A DNA stretch of 62,806 bases, the filler included, from Chrysochromulina tobinii (lineage: Eukaryota): the NCBI GenBank assembly GCA_001275005.1. It is 7 parts of 7 records of this genome, joined end to end, with 100 filler letters (N's around TTAATTAATTAA, not from the genome) between each part and the next. Parts side by side here need not be neighbours in the genome. Positions count along the whole stretch, not along the records: positions 1 to 2,574 come from JWZX01000454.1; positions 2,675 to 5,063 come from JWZX01000455.1; positions 5,164 to 23,134 come from JWZX01000456.1; 4 more parts are not named here. One strand, given 5' to 3'. Of this stretch, positions 1-10,935 are shown piece after piece (the stretch's first letter is position 1; each line of letters starts with the position of its first letter). Under the pieces are notes generated by a model. The model did no database searches, was not told the DNA's origin, and saw only the letters and a program-made list of their open reading frames with translations. Made by a program: the position numbers and the translations under genes.

Positions 1-2405
1 CGATGCCCTTCTTTGGCGTCAAGCCGCCGCCGCTGCTGTGCTCTCGCCGTCCACATAGGACGTTTACACCGCTCTCGCCATCGTGCAGGGCGATTATTCA
101 AGTCGAGACCGATGCTGTGCTCTCGCCGTCCACACTGGACGTTTACACCGCTCTCGCCATCGTGCAGGGCGATTATTCAAGTCGAGACGCGCGCTCTTAT
201 TGCGTTCACGGTGCTTGATGTGCCCTTCTTTGGCGTCAAGCCGCCGCCGCTGCAGTGCTCTCGCCGTCCACATTGGACGTTAATACCGCTCTCGCCATCG
301 TGCAGGGCGATTATTCAAGTCGAGACGCGCTCTTATTGCGTTCACGGTGCTCGATGCCCTTCTTTGGCGTCAAGCCGCCGCCGCTGCTGTGCTCTCGTCG
401 TCCACATTGGACGTTAATACCGCTCTCGCCATCCTGCAGGGCGATTGTTCAAGTCGAGACGCGCTCTTATTGCATTCACGGTGCTCGATGCCCTTCTTTG
501 GCGTCAAGCCGCCGCCGCTGCTGTGCTCTCGCCGTCCACATTGGACGTTTATACTGCTCTCGCCATCGTGCAGGGCGATTCGATTATTCAAGTCGAGACG
601 CGCTCTTATTGCGTTCACGGTGCTCGATGCCCTTCTTTGGCGTCAAGCCGCCGCCGCTGCTGTGCTCTCGCCGTCCACATAGGACGTTTATACCGCTCTC
701 GCCATCGTGCAGGGCGATTGTTCAAGTCGAGACACGCTCTTATTGCGTTCACGGTGCTCGATGCTCTTCTTTGGCGTCAAGCCACCGCCGCCGCTGCTGT
801 GCTCTCGCCGTCCACACTGGACGTTTATACTGCTCTCGCCATCGTGCAGGGCGATTGTTCAAGTCGAGACGCGCGCTCTTATTGCGTTCACGGTGCTTGA
901 TGCCCTTCTTTGGCGTCAAGCCGCCGCCGCTGCAGTGCTCTCGCCGTCCACATTGGACGTTTACACCGCTCTCGCCATCGTGCAGGGCGATTATTCAAGT
1001 CGAGACACGCTCTTATTGCATTCACGGTGCTCGATGCCCTTCTTTGGCGTCACGCCGCCGCCGCTGCGGTGCTCTCGCCGTCCACATAGGACGTTTACAC
1101 CGCTCTCGCCATCGTGCAGAGCGATTATTCAAGTCGAGACGCGCTGTTTGCGCTCACGGGCGATCAGTCAAGTCGAGACGCGCTCGTTGTGCGCTTATGG
1201 TTCTCGATGCCCTCTTTGGAATCAGACCGCCGCCGCCACTGAGCTCTCGCCGTCCACATCGGACGTTTGTATACCGCTCTCGCCATCGTGCAGAGCAATC
1301 GTGCAAGTCGAGACGCGCTCATTGTGCGCTCATGGTTCTTGATGCCCCCTTTGGCGTCGGACCGCCGCGCCGTCGCTGTGCTCTCGCCGTCCACATTGGA
1401 CGTTTGTATACCGCTCTCGCCATCGCGCAAGGCGACCGTCATGTCGAGACGCGCTCGATGCGCTCATGGTTCTCGATGCCCTCGTTTGCGTCGGACCCGC
1501 CGTCGCTGAGCTCTCGCCGTCCACCTCTAGGACGTTTATACCGCTCTTGTCATCGTACAGAGCGATTCTTCAAGTCGAGACGCGCTCATCGTGCTCTCAT
1601 GGTTCTCGATGCCCTTTTTGGCGTCTGACCGCCGCCGCCGCGGTGCTCTCGCCCGTCCACATAGGACGTTTTTACCGCTCTCGCCATCGTGCAGGGCGAA
1701 TGTTCAAGTCGAGACGCGCTCTTATTGCGTTCACGGGGCTCGATGCCCTTCTTTGGCGTCAGGCCGCCGCCGCTGCTGTGCTCTCGCCGTCCACATCAGA
1801 CGTTTGTACCGCTCTCGCCATCATGCAAGGCGATCGTTCAAGTCGAGACGCGCTCGAAGCGCTCATGGTTCTCGATGCCCTCTTTGGCGTCGGACCCAGC
1901 CGTCGCTGCGCTCTCGCCGTCCAAAATATGTTTATACCGCTCTCGCCATCGTGCAGGGCGATCATTCAAGTCGAGACGCGCTCTTATTGCGTTCGCGGTG
2001 CTCAATGCCCTTCTTTTGCGTCAGGACGCCGCCGCTGCTGTGCTCTCGCCGTCCACACCGGACGTTTGTACCGCTCTCGCCATCATGCAAGGCGATCGTT
2101 CAAGTCGAGACGCGCTCGAAGCGCTCATGGTTCTCGATGCCCTCTTTGGCGTCGGACCGCCGCCGCGCTGTGCTCTTGCCGTCCCCATAGGACGTTTGTA
2201 CCGCTTTTGCCATCGAGCAAGGCGTTCGAGGCGATCGTACAAGTCGAGACGCGCTCGATGCGCTCATGGTACTCGATGCCCTTCTTTAGCGTCAGACCGC
2301 CACCGCTGCTGTGCTCTCGCCGTCCAGCGTCCACATAGGACGTTTATACCGCTCTCGCCATCGTGCAGGGCAATTGTTCGAGTCGACACGCGCTCGTTGT
2401 GCGCT
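1..2405. repeat. Tandem array of a ~135-bp unit (about 17-18 copies, two variant types)
   Basis: Unit GATGCCCTTCTTTGGCGTCAAGCCGCCGCCGCTGCTGTGCTCTCGCCGTCCACATTGGACGTTTATACCGCTCTCGCCATCGTGCAGGGCGATTATTCAAGTCGAGACGCGCTCTTATTGCGTTCACGGTGCTC recurs at ~1, 352, 486, 625, 759, 898 and onward; copies become more divergent to the right. Confidence 0.95.
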
Positions 2406-2407
2406 CA

Positions 2408-2574
2408 CAGACTCAATGCCCTGTCCAACATCGGACGGGACGAGGCACTTTACGGAGCGGGGAGCGCACTCACTTTCGCTTCGGACGTGTGGCGCTACAG
2501 CGATGGCCTTCTGCCAAGCTAGCGCCGAGGTCATCAAAGACGTCGGTCGTTGGAACAGCGACGCGTATCTTCGC
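2408..2574 (+). pseudogene. Frameshifted C-terminal fragment of a DIRS/Crypton-type tyrosine recombinase
   Basis: Two frames join as LNALSNIGRDEALYGA / HSL(SL)RTCGATAMAFCQASAEVIKDVGRWNSDAYLR. This matches the YR box II pattern HSxRxGGAT...GRWxSDAYxxY; it is disrupted by small duplications (ggagcg-g-ggagcg, tcactt-tcgctt) and cut by the segment end. Confidence 0.8.
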
Positions 2575-2674
2575 NNNNNNNNNNNNNNNNNNNNNNNNNN
2601 NNNNNNNNNNNNNNNNNNTTAATTAATTAANNNNNNNNNNNNNNNNNNNNNNNNNNNNNNNNNNNNNNNNNNNN
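2575..2674. other. Artificial spacer (N run + TTAATTAATTAA + N run)
   Basis: The same ~100-nt linker, with stops in all frames, recurs at about 5064-5163, 23135-23234, 26816-26915, 38434-38533 and 58697-58795. Confidence 0.98.
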
Positions 2675-5063
2675 CTGACACGAAGGTTTCAATAGCGTGA
2701 CGTACCTCTTCAGCAGTCTTGTTGACGAGGAAGTAGATATGAACCTCTCGAGTGGCGCGGTCTGCGAAGCCGATGACGTATTTGAATCCCGTATGCACTG
2801 AAGCCGGATAGGGTCCACAGAGGTCGACGTGGACAGAGTCACCGAAGACACCAACGGCAGCATTTTGGCGTGGTCGGGCATGCGAGATGCTTGGCTTGTG
2901 CGCCCCGCCAAGGCCACATGGCACGCAGCCTTGCGATGCGTGCTTGAGCTCTGATGTTCCGGGCATCTCGTGCGCGTCGATCTGCAGCGACCGGGATGAA
3001 CTTGTCTTCATACGCGCCCGAGCCATCGCAATTCTGTCTGGCGAGAAGTGTGCCAGCATGTTGTGGACCATGTCGTTTGCCGCTCCAGTCGACGAAGCGG
3101 CCAGGTAGGCATCGGCACGCGTCTGGTGGTACTTGATGAGGCTTTTCCGTCTGTGTCCGCCCTCGACAAAAGTAACCTTGCCTCCGTCGGGTAGGACGAG
3201 GTGACGCTCATCGTTAAAGTACGACCGAATGCCATCGCGCTCGAATGCAGCATTGCAGGAGAACAGGTCTGTGTTGAGCCCGGGCACCACGAGCACATCG
3301 GTGAGGGTCATCACAGTCGCGCAGTTTTCGTGCTTGTTCGCCTTGCGTCGGTAGCGGGCGTTCACGGTGACGTCCATCTCACCCACGTGCGTAGCACGGA
3401 TAATGTGACCGTTAGCAACACGGACATCGCGCCCGCGCGGATTGGTAGCCGTGATGCGGGAGAGCTTATGTGCGTTGTCCACCATATGGCTAGTGGCACC
3501 GCTGTCGATGAGCATCTCTGCGACTCCATCGTGGTGACTGTACATCGGGGTCATCAGGCCAGACGCGATCCGGTCGCCGAGGAAGGCAAATTCCGCCGGC
3601 ATGAGGGAGGTGTCGACGCACGAGAAGGTGAAGCACGGCTCCGCCTCGAGGTGCTGGTTGAGCAGGGAACCTGCCACGGCACCGATGGCGGCGGCAGTGG
3701 CTATCGACGTCGGGCCCAGGTGACGAGCACTATTCGGCGGAGCAGATTGGGTCGGAGGGGCGAGGGCGTGTCCGGTCTGAGCCCCCGCGACGACCAGGAT
3801 GGTGGCGAGGCGGCGAGGCGTGGGCAGGTAGCGCCTAGATGCGGCTACAGCCAGAAGGACACCGACGAGGGCGATTCCAGCGCAGGCGACTACGGCGCGG
3901 CGCATCGGAGAATTCGACGGGGCGGGAAATGGCCATCCGTACACCTCCTGGGCTCCCTCCGTGGCATGCATTGGCTCGCCGAAGATATCTAGAGGATCGA
4001 TTTCGTCACTGGTGATCGCGGCGGCGCCGATCTCATTCACAGATGCGCCGGGTGCGCGTTCTTGGTTAGGAATACCCGGGCTTGTTTCGGCTTGCATGCC
4101 GACTTCCGAGTTTTCCTTTTCCTTGGCCGCATTTCCGATCGCTCGGACGGGCCTGAACAGCGCGCGGCCGCCCCGGTAGCCACCGCGGCCACCGCGGCCA
4201 CCATTGCCACGGCCACGTCCGCCTCGCCCGCCACGGCTGAGACCAGAGAACGGGCCACGGCGAGCACCGGAGGTTTTCATCCGCGTGATGAGCGACATAA
4301 GGCGATCGATGACTTGCGTTCGGTCAGCCTTCGGCGAAGGGCACTCAGCCTGCCGATGGCCGAGCCCGAAGCAGTTGAAGCAGCACAGTTCTTGCTCGAG
4401 GGCGCTCATGACGGCCATCGCGATCTCGCTATCCAGCGAGTCCATGAATGCAGCGAGCTCGTCGACGGTCATGCCTTCGTACGAGTTCCAGACGAGTTGG
4501 GATGTGGCAGCGGCGCAGGCATCCTCGAAGGTATCGTAGTCAGTGGCGTAGCATTCCTCAGAGGCAGCGTTGGCGTCCTCCGCGGCCATGCCGTCGGCAC
4601 GGTTAGATGGGCCCATTCGGGTTGGCCGTGCAGTTGGCGCGGCAGGCTTGAGCTCGCCTCGCTTGAATGCGGAGCGCCACATCTCGTCGAAATACTGCAC
4701 GACAGCGCGACGGATCCATCCGCCAGGGACAGCTGGAAGCACACCTACAGCAGCCACAGGCTGCGTGTAGAAGCGAGCGTCGCGATTGCCCGGGGGGCAC
4801 TGCAGCAGCGAATCGGCGATCTGAGCGAGGGTAGGCGGGAAGATGATTGCACCGAGCATCTTTTCAGTCATCGAGTCATCACTGAAGCGATTGGCCAAAG
4901 GCAGGTCCGAGTTCTTCTTCACGATCAGACGGTTGAAGTCGGTGATCGTCGCCTCGGTGACGCCTACGTCCTTTGGGATCGTCAGCCCGTTGTACTCGAG
5001 GATCTTGGTGTTGATGTGTAAAGCAGATGCGGGTTCGTCGCACTCGCGCTGAAGGACCAGCCA
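2675..5063 (-). mobile_element. Ty1/copia LTR retrotransposon gag-pol fragment (Gag zinc knuckle, protease, integrase N-terminal part)
   Basis: CFNCFGLGHRQAEC knuckle, RGG tract, LIDSGATSHM aspartic protease, VLVVPGLNTDLFS, HNMLAH...CVPC zinc-binding motif, VHVDLCGP integrase core. Integrase directly follows protease, which is the copia order. Both ends are cut by spacers. Confidence 0.92.
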
Positions 5064-5163
5064 NNNNNNNNNNNNNNNNNNNNNNNNNNNNNNNNNNNNN
5101 NNNNNNNTTAATTAATTAANNNNNNNNNNNNNNNNNNNNNNNNNNNNNNNNNNNNNNNNNNNN

Positions 5164-7126
5164 CGCCGGCGCCTCCCGCATGCACTGCCGTGATCTGATT
5201 GTCGTCCGAGAGGGCGATGCCGAGGCTGCCACCGATGCGCTGCAGCTTGACGCTCACGCTCGTCGTCTTCGTCTTCGGCGCACCAGCACGAACCACGTCG
5301 TCATCGTCGTCGTCGTCGTCGCCATCGGCGTCGACCTCGCGGGTGCGCTTCCTCTCGTTTTGACTGGCGACGGCAACGGCGGTTTGACTGGCGACGCTGC
5401 CGGAGGCCAGCGCCCCGGCGCCTGGGGGCTTGGGGGCCGCGGCGGGCTTGGGGGCCGCGGCGGGCTTGGGGGCGGCGGCGGGCTTGGGGGCTGGCGAGAG
5501 GGCCGGCGCATCGGCGTGCACCCGCTCGGAGGTCAGCGCCCTCGACGCGGCGACGGCGCTCCTCGCAGCGTGCCCGACGGCAGGCACCTTGACGACGAGG
5601 CACGCGCGCGTGTAGAAGGTCGTGGTGGAAGCCTCGTTGCCGAAATACTCGCCGTACTCGAGCTCCGCGAGCTCCCTCTTGGCTCCCTGGCGCTTGGAGA
5701 CCCACTCGAGCTGAGGGTACGTATCCTCGAGACGCCCGCCCTTTGCGTACTTGTCCACCTCGTCGGGCGAGATCCCCTTCATGCGGCAGCCGTCGCAGTT
5801 GCGCACTGTGCCGAAGCCGCGGGCCGAGCTCGGCATCTTATCGAGCAGGTACTCGCACTCGGAGTAACCGTTCCCATCCGAGAGCACGCGGATCGAGTCT
5901 ACTTTCAGCCCGGCCGCCGCCGCGGCGACCGCAAGCACCGCATCCTCATTCTTCAGGCCCTTGATCTTGCGTGCAGAGGCCGTGCCCGCCGTCGATGCGC
6001 CGAGGGTCTTCTCGGCCGCGCTCAGCTCCTTCTCCTCGTACAGATGGCAGCACTCGAAGCCGAGCGCCCCGCCATCGGGCATGAAGGTGGGGCAGCGAGC
6101 GAGCGCAGCAAAGGCCTCGCGGCAGCGCTCGGCCCGCAAGAGCAATGCATCCGCCATCGGATCAGGCGCGCCGTCGCGGTAGAGCTCGTACGCGATCGTA
6201 ACGCGTGCGCCCTCCGTCACAGGCAATACGCGGTGTGTGGCGTCGCCAAAGAAGGCGGCGTATCGCAGCGTGGCCGAGGGCGTGTGCGCGGCGATCTTCG
6301 CCTCGCGGTCGGCTACGTAGCTGGGCACGGAAGGCGCTAAGTCGCGCGCCGCCGTGCTCGCCCAGTCGAAACGCGTGGATTCGCCGCCGTGATCGATGGA
6401 GAGCGCACCGCCCTTGTAGTACGCTGGCAGCAGGAGCACGAGCGAGCCGAAGTGCGTCTCCGAGCGCGGCGTGTCCTTGTGATCGGTGAAGAAGCCGCCC
6501 TTTTCGTAAATGTTGATCTTGTGAAGCTTGGCAGTGATGGCGCGCGCGTCGGGGACGAGCTCGGACCGCACCTCTGCGTGACCGCGGCAGCACAAACATG
6601 CGCTGTTCAGCGGTGGGACGTGTTGGGCGACAGGCTAAGGCTTTGGGGCGGGTCTCTGCGCGCTCGAAAACCTACTTTCGAGAATATCGGCCGGAAGTGT
6701 CCCGTTGAAGCCACCGCTCAAGACCACTTGGTCGGGCATGAGCTGATGCGCCTTGCGCACAGTGGTATCGACAACGGTCTGATTGCCGTGGCCGAATGGC
6801 GAAGGCTCCGCCGCAGCCCGAATGCGAGAGAGCTCCTTCTCCTGCTGACCATGCGGCATAGGGAAAGACACCGGAGATGTCTCCTTGGACAACTGGAGCT
6901 TGAGCGCCGACGGCATAAGCCACTGCCCACTTGTGCAATAGCGCGACTCGATGGCGTCGACGGCCATGCCGAGCTCGCTTAGGAGAGGCTCCATGAGGAC
7001 GCGTAGTGCGGACGCGTAGTGCGCTGCCGGGCGAGCGGCGCGGAGGACGGTGGCGGGCGGCGGGAAGAAGGCCTTGATGAATTTTAAGGTTTCGGCATCG
7101 CGAAAGTCAGTGCAAACACTGTGCAA
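5164..7126 (-). CDS. 2OG-Fe(II) oxygenase-superfamily protein with C-terminal PDZ-like domain (3' truncated; start uncertain); intron 6574-6675
   Basis: AEPSPFGHGNQTVVDTTVRKA, LHKINIYEKGGFFTDHKDTPR (HxD), HRVLPVTEGARVTIAYEL. A GTAGG...CGCAG intron joins the two ORFs as LEKVRSELVP. C-terminus VKLQRIGGSLGIALSDDNQITAVHAGG. Confidence 0.85.
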
Positions 7127-7269
7127 ACACAGTACAATTACAAGGAAACGGGGCGAGGTGGCACGGGTGCGTTACTTTTGTGGGTAGGCGTCCGTAATCT
7201 CAAACCGCGACAACGCGTGCGTGCAAACGCTCCGTTCGTTCTCCTGTCCGTCCACGCGCGTCCGCGTCC

Positions 7270-10200
7270 ATGTCGCGACGTCCTCACGATGAGTGGTCAC
7301 AGGAGAAGGCGACAGACGGCGCAGAAGCCACTGCTGCAGCCGCTATCATCCAGCGCGTCTGGCGGAGGAAGGCGCGGCGGAGCGTCCGCCCTCGCTGTCT
7401 GTGGCCTTCGCTTTCGCGTCTCAAAGAAATGTACCTCGATGAAGTCGCGCTTGCAGCAGGCGCCGACGAAGGAGAGTACTACACCGACGAAATGATCGTG
7501 AGTAGGGAGCAGCTGCGCTCCTCGCACCTCGTCGTGGAGGCACTCCGCGTTGCATGGGAGCGTATCGCCCCGATCTGTGGCGGCGGCGCGATGGACTTTG
7601 CGGGCTATGGGGCCATGATCCGGCGCTGCTACCTACTCTTCAAGGCGCAGCGACGCGAGGCCTACATTGACGCCCAAGAGTTTGCCGACGAGATGGAGCG
7701 CGACTGGGCCCGCGATGCAGGCGGCCAGGACGGGATGGAGCAGACCGAGCTCGAGCGTTGCTGGTTCGAGCTTGCTGACCTGCACGTCGATGGCGTCTCG
7801 GCCGCCGAGTACGCCTCCTTCATCACCGACGCCATCGCCCACATCACGACGCCCAACGGCACATGGCAGGCGGAGAGCGAGCTCCTCAAGCTCGTCAAGA
7901 GGCGAGCAGGACGGAAGCTGACGGCGGCAGCATACGCAGAGGTGGTGAGCAAGTGGGCGGTGCGATTTGAGCTGAGTGCCGACGAGGTGGAGGCTGCGCT
8001 GGCTGTCGACGGCCACGCTGACCACGCTGGCAGCGGCGGCAGCGGCGGCGGCAGCGGCGGCGGTGGTGGCGGCGGCGGCGGCTCGCGCACGTGCTCGAGG
8101 CACGCATCACGGCCGGGTTCGCAAAGCGAGCACTCTCGCCTAGACTCTCGCCCGTCGTCTGGTACGGGCTCGAGGCGCGGGTGTGGGCACGATGGGTGGG
8201 ATCCGAAGGTGAACTTTGCGCGCTATTTGCGCTCGGGCGACGGGCCGCCACCGCGCATCGATGCCGCAGCTCCCTCCGCCGCGCCCGCCGTGGCCGATCC
8301 CTTGCAATCGACGATCGTTGGTGTCCGGCGGCTGCGGAGCCGAGGACCATCGAGCGATGATCTCATGTCGCTCCGTGCGCTTCCAATGCCGTCGATGGTA
8401 CGGGAGGGCTTGCTGCGCAGTGCGACGCCACCCTTGCAGCCCGCGCCGCCCTCTCAGCCGCATCGGTTTGAGCCAGCACTCGACACCATCCCACCATCGC
8501 CCTTGGTCGAGCGAGAGATTGTGATCTCGCCTCTTCGATGCCGAGGCGGAGCCGATGGGGTGGAGGATCATGTCCATACTAGGCCCAACCATGCCCCTAA
8601 CTTGGATGTGATCCTTCGAGGTGGAGCCGATGATGCGACTCACGAGAACGGAGGTGATGTCGAGGCAGTCGATGAGGGGTGTACCAATCCGCAGGTTGGG
8701 GCGGACGAACCTAGGGTCACGATTGGTCGTCACCAGTACGATGTGCTCGAGGCGACGCTCTCGGGGCTCATTGAGCCTAGCGGCCCCCAACGTCTTCCCT
8801 CCCCCCGCGCTGCGAACGAGCAGCTGCGGCCCCAGCCGGTGCCTCTGCCGAGCGCGTCGGCGTCAGTCGTGGCTGTCGAGCACGCGGCGGCGAGTCCGTC
8901 ACGGAGCAAGTCTCTCGTGCAGGAGAAGGCGCAGCACAAGATTGATCAGCTGCTCAAGCAGAGGGCGGAAGCGATGGCGGAGGCAGAGGCGGTGCGGGCG
9001 ATGACGAATGAGCGCCATCGCCCACCGTCGCCACCGCGCTCTGCCTCACCGCTCATCCACATTCATATGGACATGCGCGCTCCCTCACAGCTCATCCAGC
9101 CAGCCAGCGTGAGCGTGGGGGCGTTAGCTGTCGACTTGCGACTGCCAACCGCCCCGCTCCCCTACGGGCACGACCTCTCGCTGCAGCCATCCTCGTTGCA
9201 CCCGCCACCCGGCATCTTTTCAAACGCGATTCATCGGTTGGAAGAGCCGCCGCTCACACAGGACGTTGCAAGCACGTGGCCTTCTTCGGCGCCACCAATG
9301 CGTGCCAGCACGGCGCCGCCACGCTCGCGACGGCGCTCCTCAGCCGCCGCGCCGCACGCCAGCGTGCCCATACAGTTTGCGAGCGGCGTGTTGCGCTCGG
9401 CCTTGCGGCCGGGGCCCAGGACCACCCAAGGCTCTATCATTGCAGCGGGGAGACCGCGCATCCGGCGCGCATCACCAACCGAGCTGGCCAGCGATCGAGT
9501 CGAGCTGAGCGCGTCGCTGCCGCTTGATGCGCCGCTCCCCCGTGCCGTCAACCCGTCAAACGCGGCCCCGGGCAACTACGCCGAAATGGTGGAGCTGGTC
9601 GGGGAGCTACGCCGGACGATGCTGGCGGAGCCGCCGCCCACGATGGCGCCCACGAGCGGATGGGTGCACCGACCGCTCCCGATCGACGCCGCGCCGCCCG
9701 CACCGAGCGGCGGCGCGCATTTTATACCGTCAGTTGGACCAGCGAGATTGGGACGAGCTGCCACGGAAGCGCCGATGCTATGGGCCGCGGAGGTTGGCAT
9801 CTCTGAGCCGCCGCCACCCCCAGGGGCGGCGCCGTCGCAAGTGATCCCGGCCACCGAAATCGCCATCGTGGGCGCTATGCCGCCGGGACCGCTGCTCGGA
9901 CCAAATGGACCGCCGGGAGTGGGTGGCGCCGCGCCTCGATGGCGCCCAGGCGGCGAGTCGCGCCCGAGCAGCGAGCGCCCGAGCAGTCGCCCTTCGCGTG
10001 CGAGCAGCCGCCCTTCGTCTGCGGTGCATGGGCAGCCGCCCGCTGCAGCGCCATCGCTCCTTATTCATCCATCGGCGGAGGACGTGCTCTCGGGCCTGCC
10101 TTCGCCGCTTTCGCGGCCGCGGTCCGCAGTACCGCCCGCCCCACCACCTCCTACCCGCCCCGCCACTGCGTCCGCGCGCGAATCAGGTGCCGTCGCTGGT

Positions 10201-10935
10201 GGCGGTCACGCGCGCCCGTTGCCGGTGATCAGCGGTGAGGGGGAGGGCACGATCATCTTCAAGTCGGGCGGGCTCGATTCAAGGCTGGGGCGCGTCACGC
10301 GGCCGCGCGTGCCAACTGCGCCCGCGGCGAGCGCCATCGATCGCGCGCTCGTCAAATCCTTTGGCGCCAACTTGGGCAAGCAGAGTACTGGTGGGCACGT
10401 GATCGCCTTTCAGGCATACACGCTCGAGCCACTCGGCCAGCCCAAAGCGAGCGCCCTGCCCTTGTGCCCCACAGCCGCGTCCAAGGCCGTGTCCCGGGCC
10501 GTCACTAAGGTGTTAGCCGAGCGGCCGTCGCCCGAGCCGCTCGATTGGACTGCTGACCCTGCAAGGCCTGAAGAGCATTCGAAGACGGGCCGGAGGGTGC
10601 CACCGGCAGAGTTCACCTCCGAGGTTCCGCTCGCCACGATCCACAGCATCATGGGCGCCATGGCCAAGGACAGCACCCTCATGGGAGCGATGAACGACCC
10701 GACGCTACATCCCCCCACACATCCCCTCTGTGGTGCACCGTCACCGACGCGCCCGCAAACGGCGGGCTCACCGCGCTCCTCGCCCGGCACGCGAGCGCAT
10801 TCACCCCGCGCAGCCTTCACCGCGCCGCCGGAGCCGATTACCATGATAGGCGTCAGTCAATTCCAGGGAATTCACAAACGGGCGGAAGCGCGGCACGCCG
10901 CCGTCGCACCTTGGCACGCGCGCGGGCCTGCATGA
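7270..10935 (+). CDS. Large Pro/Ser-rich hypothetical protein with N-terminal IQ motif and helical (EF-hand-like) domain
   Basis: 1221-aa ATG ORF; AAAIIQRVWRRK IQ motif; folded N-terminal ~240 aa followed by low-complexity sequence. Confidence 0.75.
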   Translation: MSRRPHDEWSQEKATDGAEATAAAAIIQRVWRRKARRSVRPRCLWPSLSRLKEMYLDEVALAAGADEGEYYTDEMIVSREQLRSSHLVVEALRVAWERIAPICGGGAMDFAGYGAMIRRCYLLFKAQRREAYIDAQEFADEMERDWARDAGGQDGMEQTELERCWFELADLHVDGVSAAEYASFITDAIAHITTPNGTWQAESELLKLVKRRAGRKLTAAAYAEVVSKWAVRFELSADEVEAALAVDGHADHAGSGGSGGGSGGGGGGGGGSRTCSRHASRPGSQSEHSRLDSRPSSGTGSRRGCGHDGWDPKVNFARYLRSGDGPPPRIDAAAPSAAPAVADPLQSTIVGVRRLRSRGPSSDDLMSLRALPMPSMVREGLLRSATPPLQPAPPSQPHRFEPALDTIPPSPLVEREIVISPLRCRGGADGVEDHVHTRPNHAPNLDVILRGGADDATHENGGDVEAVDEGCTNPQVGADEPRVTIGRHQYDVLEATLSGLIEPSGPQRLPSPRAANEQLRPQPVPLPSASASVVAVEHAAASPSRSKSLVQEKAQHKIDQLLKQRAEAMAEAEAVRAMTNERHRPPSPPRSASPLIHIHMDMRAPSQLIQPASVSVGALAVDLRLPTAPLPYGHDLSLQPSSLHPPPGIFSNAIHRLEEPPLTQDVASTWPSSAPPMRASTAPPRSRRRSSAAAPHASVPIQFASGVLRSALRPGPRTTQGSIIAAGRPRIRRASPTELASDRVELSASLPLDAPLPRAVNPSNAAPGNYAEMVELVGELRRTMLAEPPPTMAPTSGWVHRPLPIDAAPPAPSGGAHFIPSVGPARLGRAATEAPMLWAAEVGISEPPPPPGAAPSQVIPATEIAIVGAMPPGPLLGPNGPPGVGGAAPRWRPGGESRPSSERPSSRPSRASSRPSSAVHGQPPAAAPSLLIHPSAEDVLSGLPSPLSRPRSAVPPAPPPPTRPATASARESGAVAGGGHARPLPVISGEGEGTIIFKSGGLDSRLGRVTRPRVPTAPAASAIDRALVKSFGANLGKQSTGGHVIAFQAYTLEPLGQPKASALPLCPTAASKAVSRAVTKVLAERPSPEPLDWTADPARPEEHSKTGRRVPPAEFTSEVPLATIHSIMGAMAKDSTLMGAMNDPTLHPPTHPLCGAPSPTRPQTAGSPRSSPGTRAHSPRAAFTAPPEPITMIGVSQFQGIHKRAEARHAAVAPWHARGPA

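Noticed and set aside
1..2405. CRISPR array interpretation
   Set aside because: The whole unit is repeated with no unique spacers, no cas genes are present, and the context is eukaryotic.
1..2522. Long overlapping ORFs in all + frames of the first segment
   Set aside because: They are translations of a stop-poor tandem repeat whose copies shift frame through indels; there is no coherent protein.
2575..2674. TTAATTAATTAA as a biological palindrome, and LIN ORF endings
   Set aside because: It is an artificial linker repeated six times; ORF ends running through it are artefacts.
2408..5063. Tyrosine recombinase plus gag-pol as one composite element
   Set aside because: They are separated by an artificial spacer and lie on opposite strands, and the copia element has its own DDE integrase.
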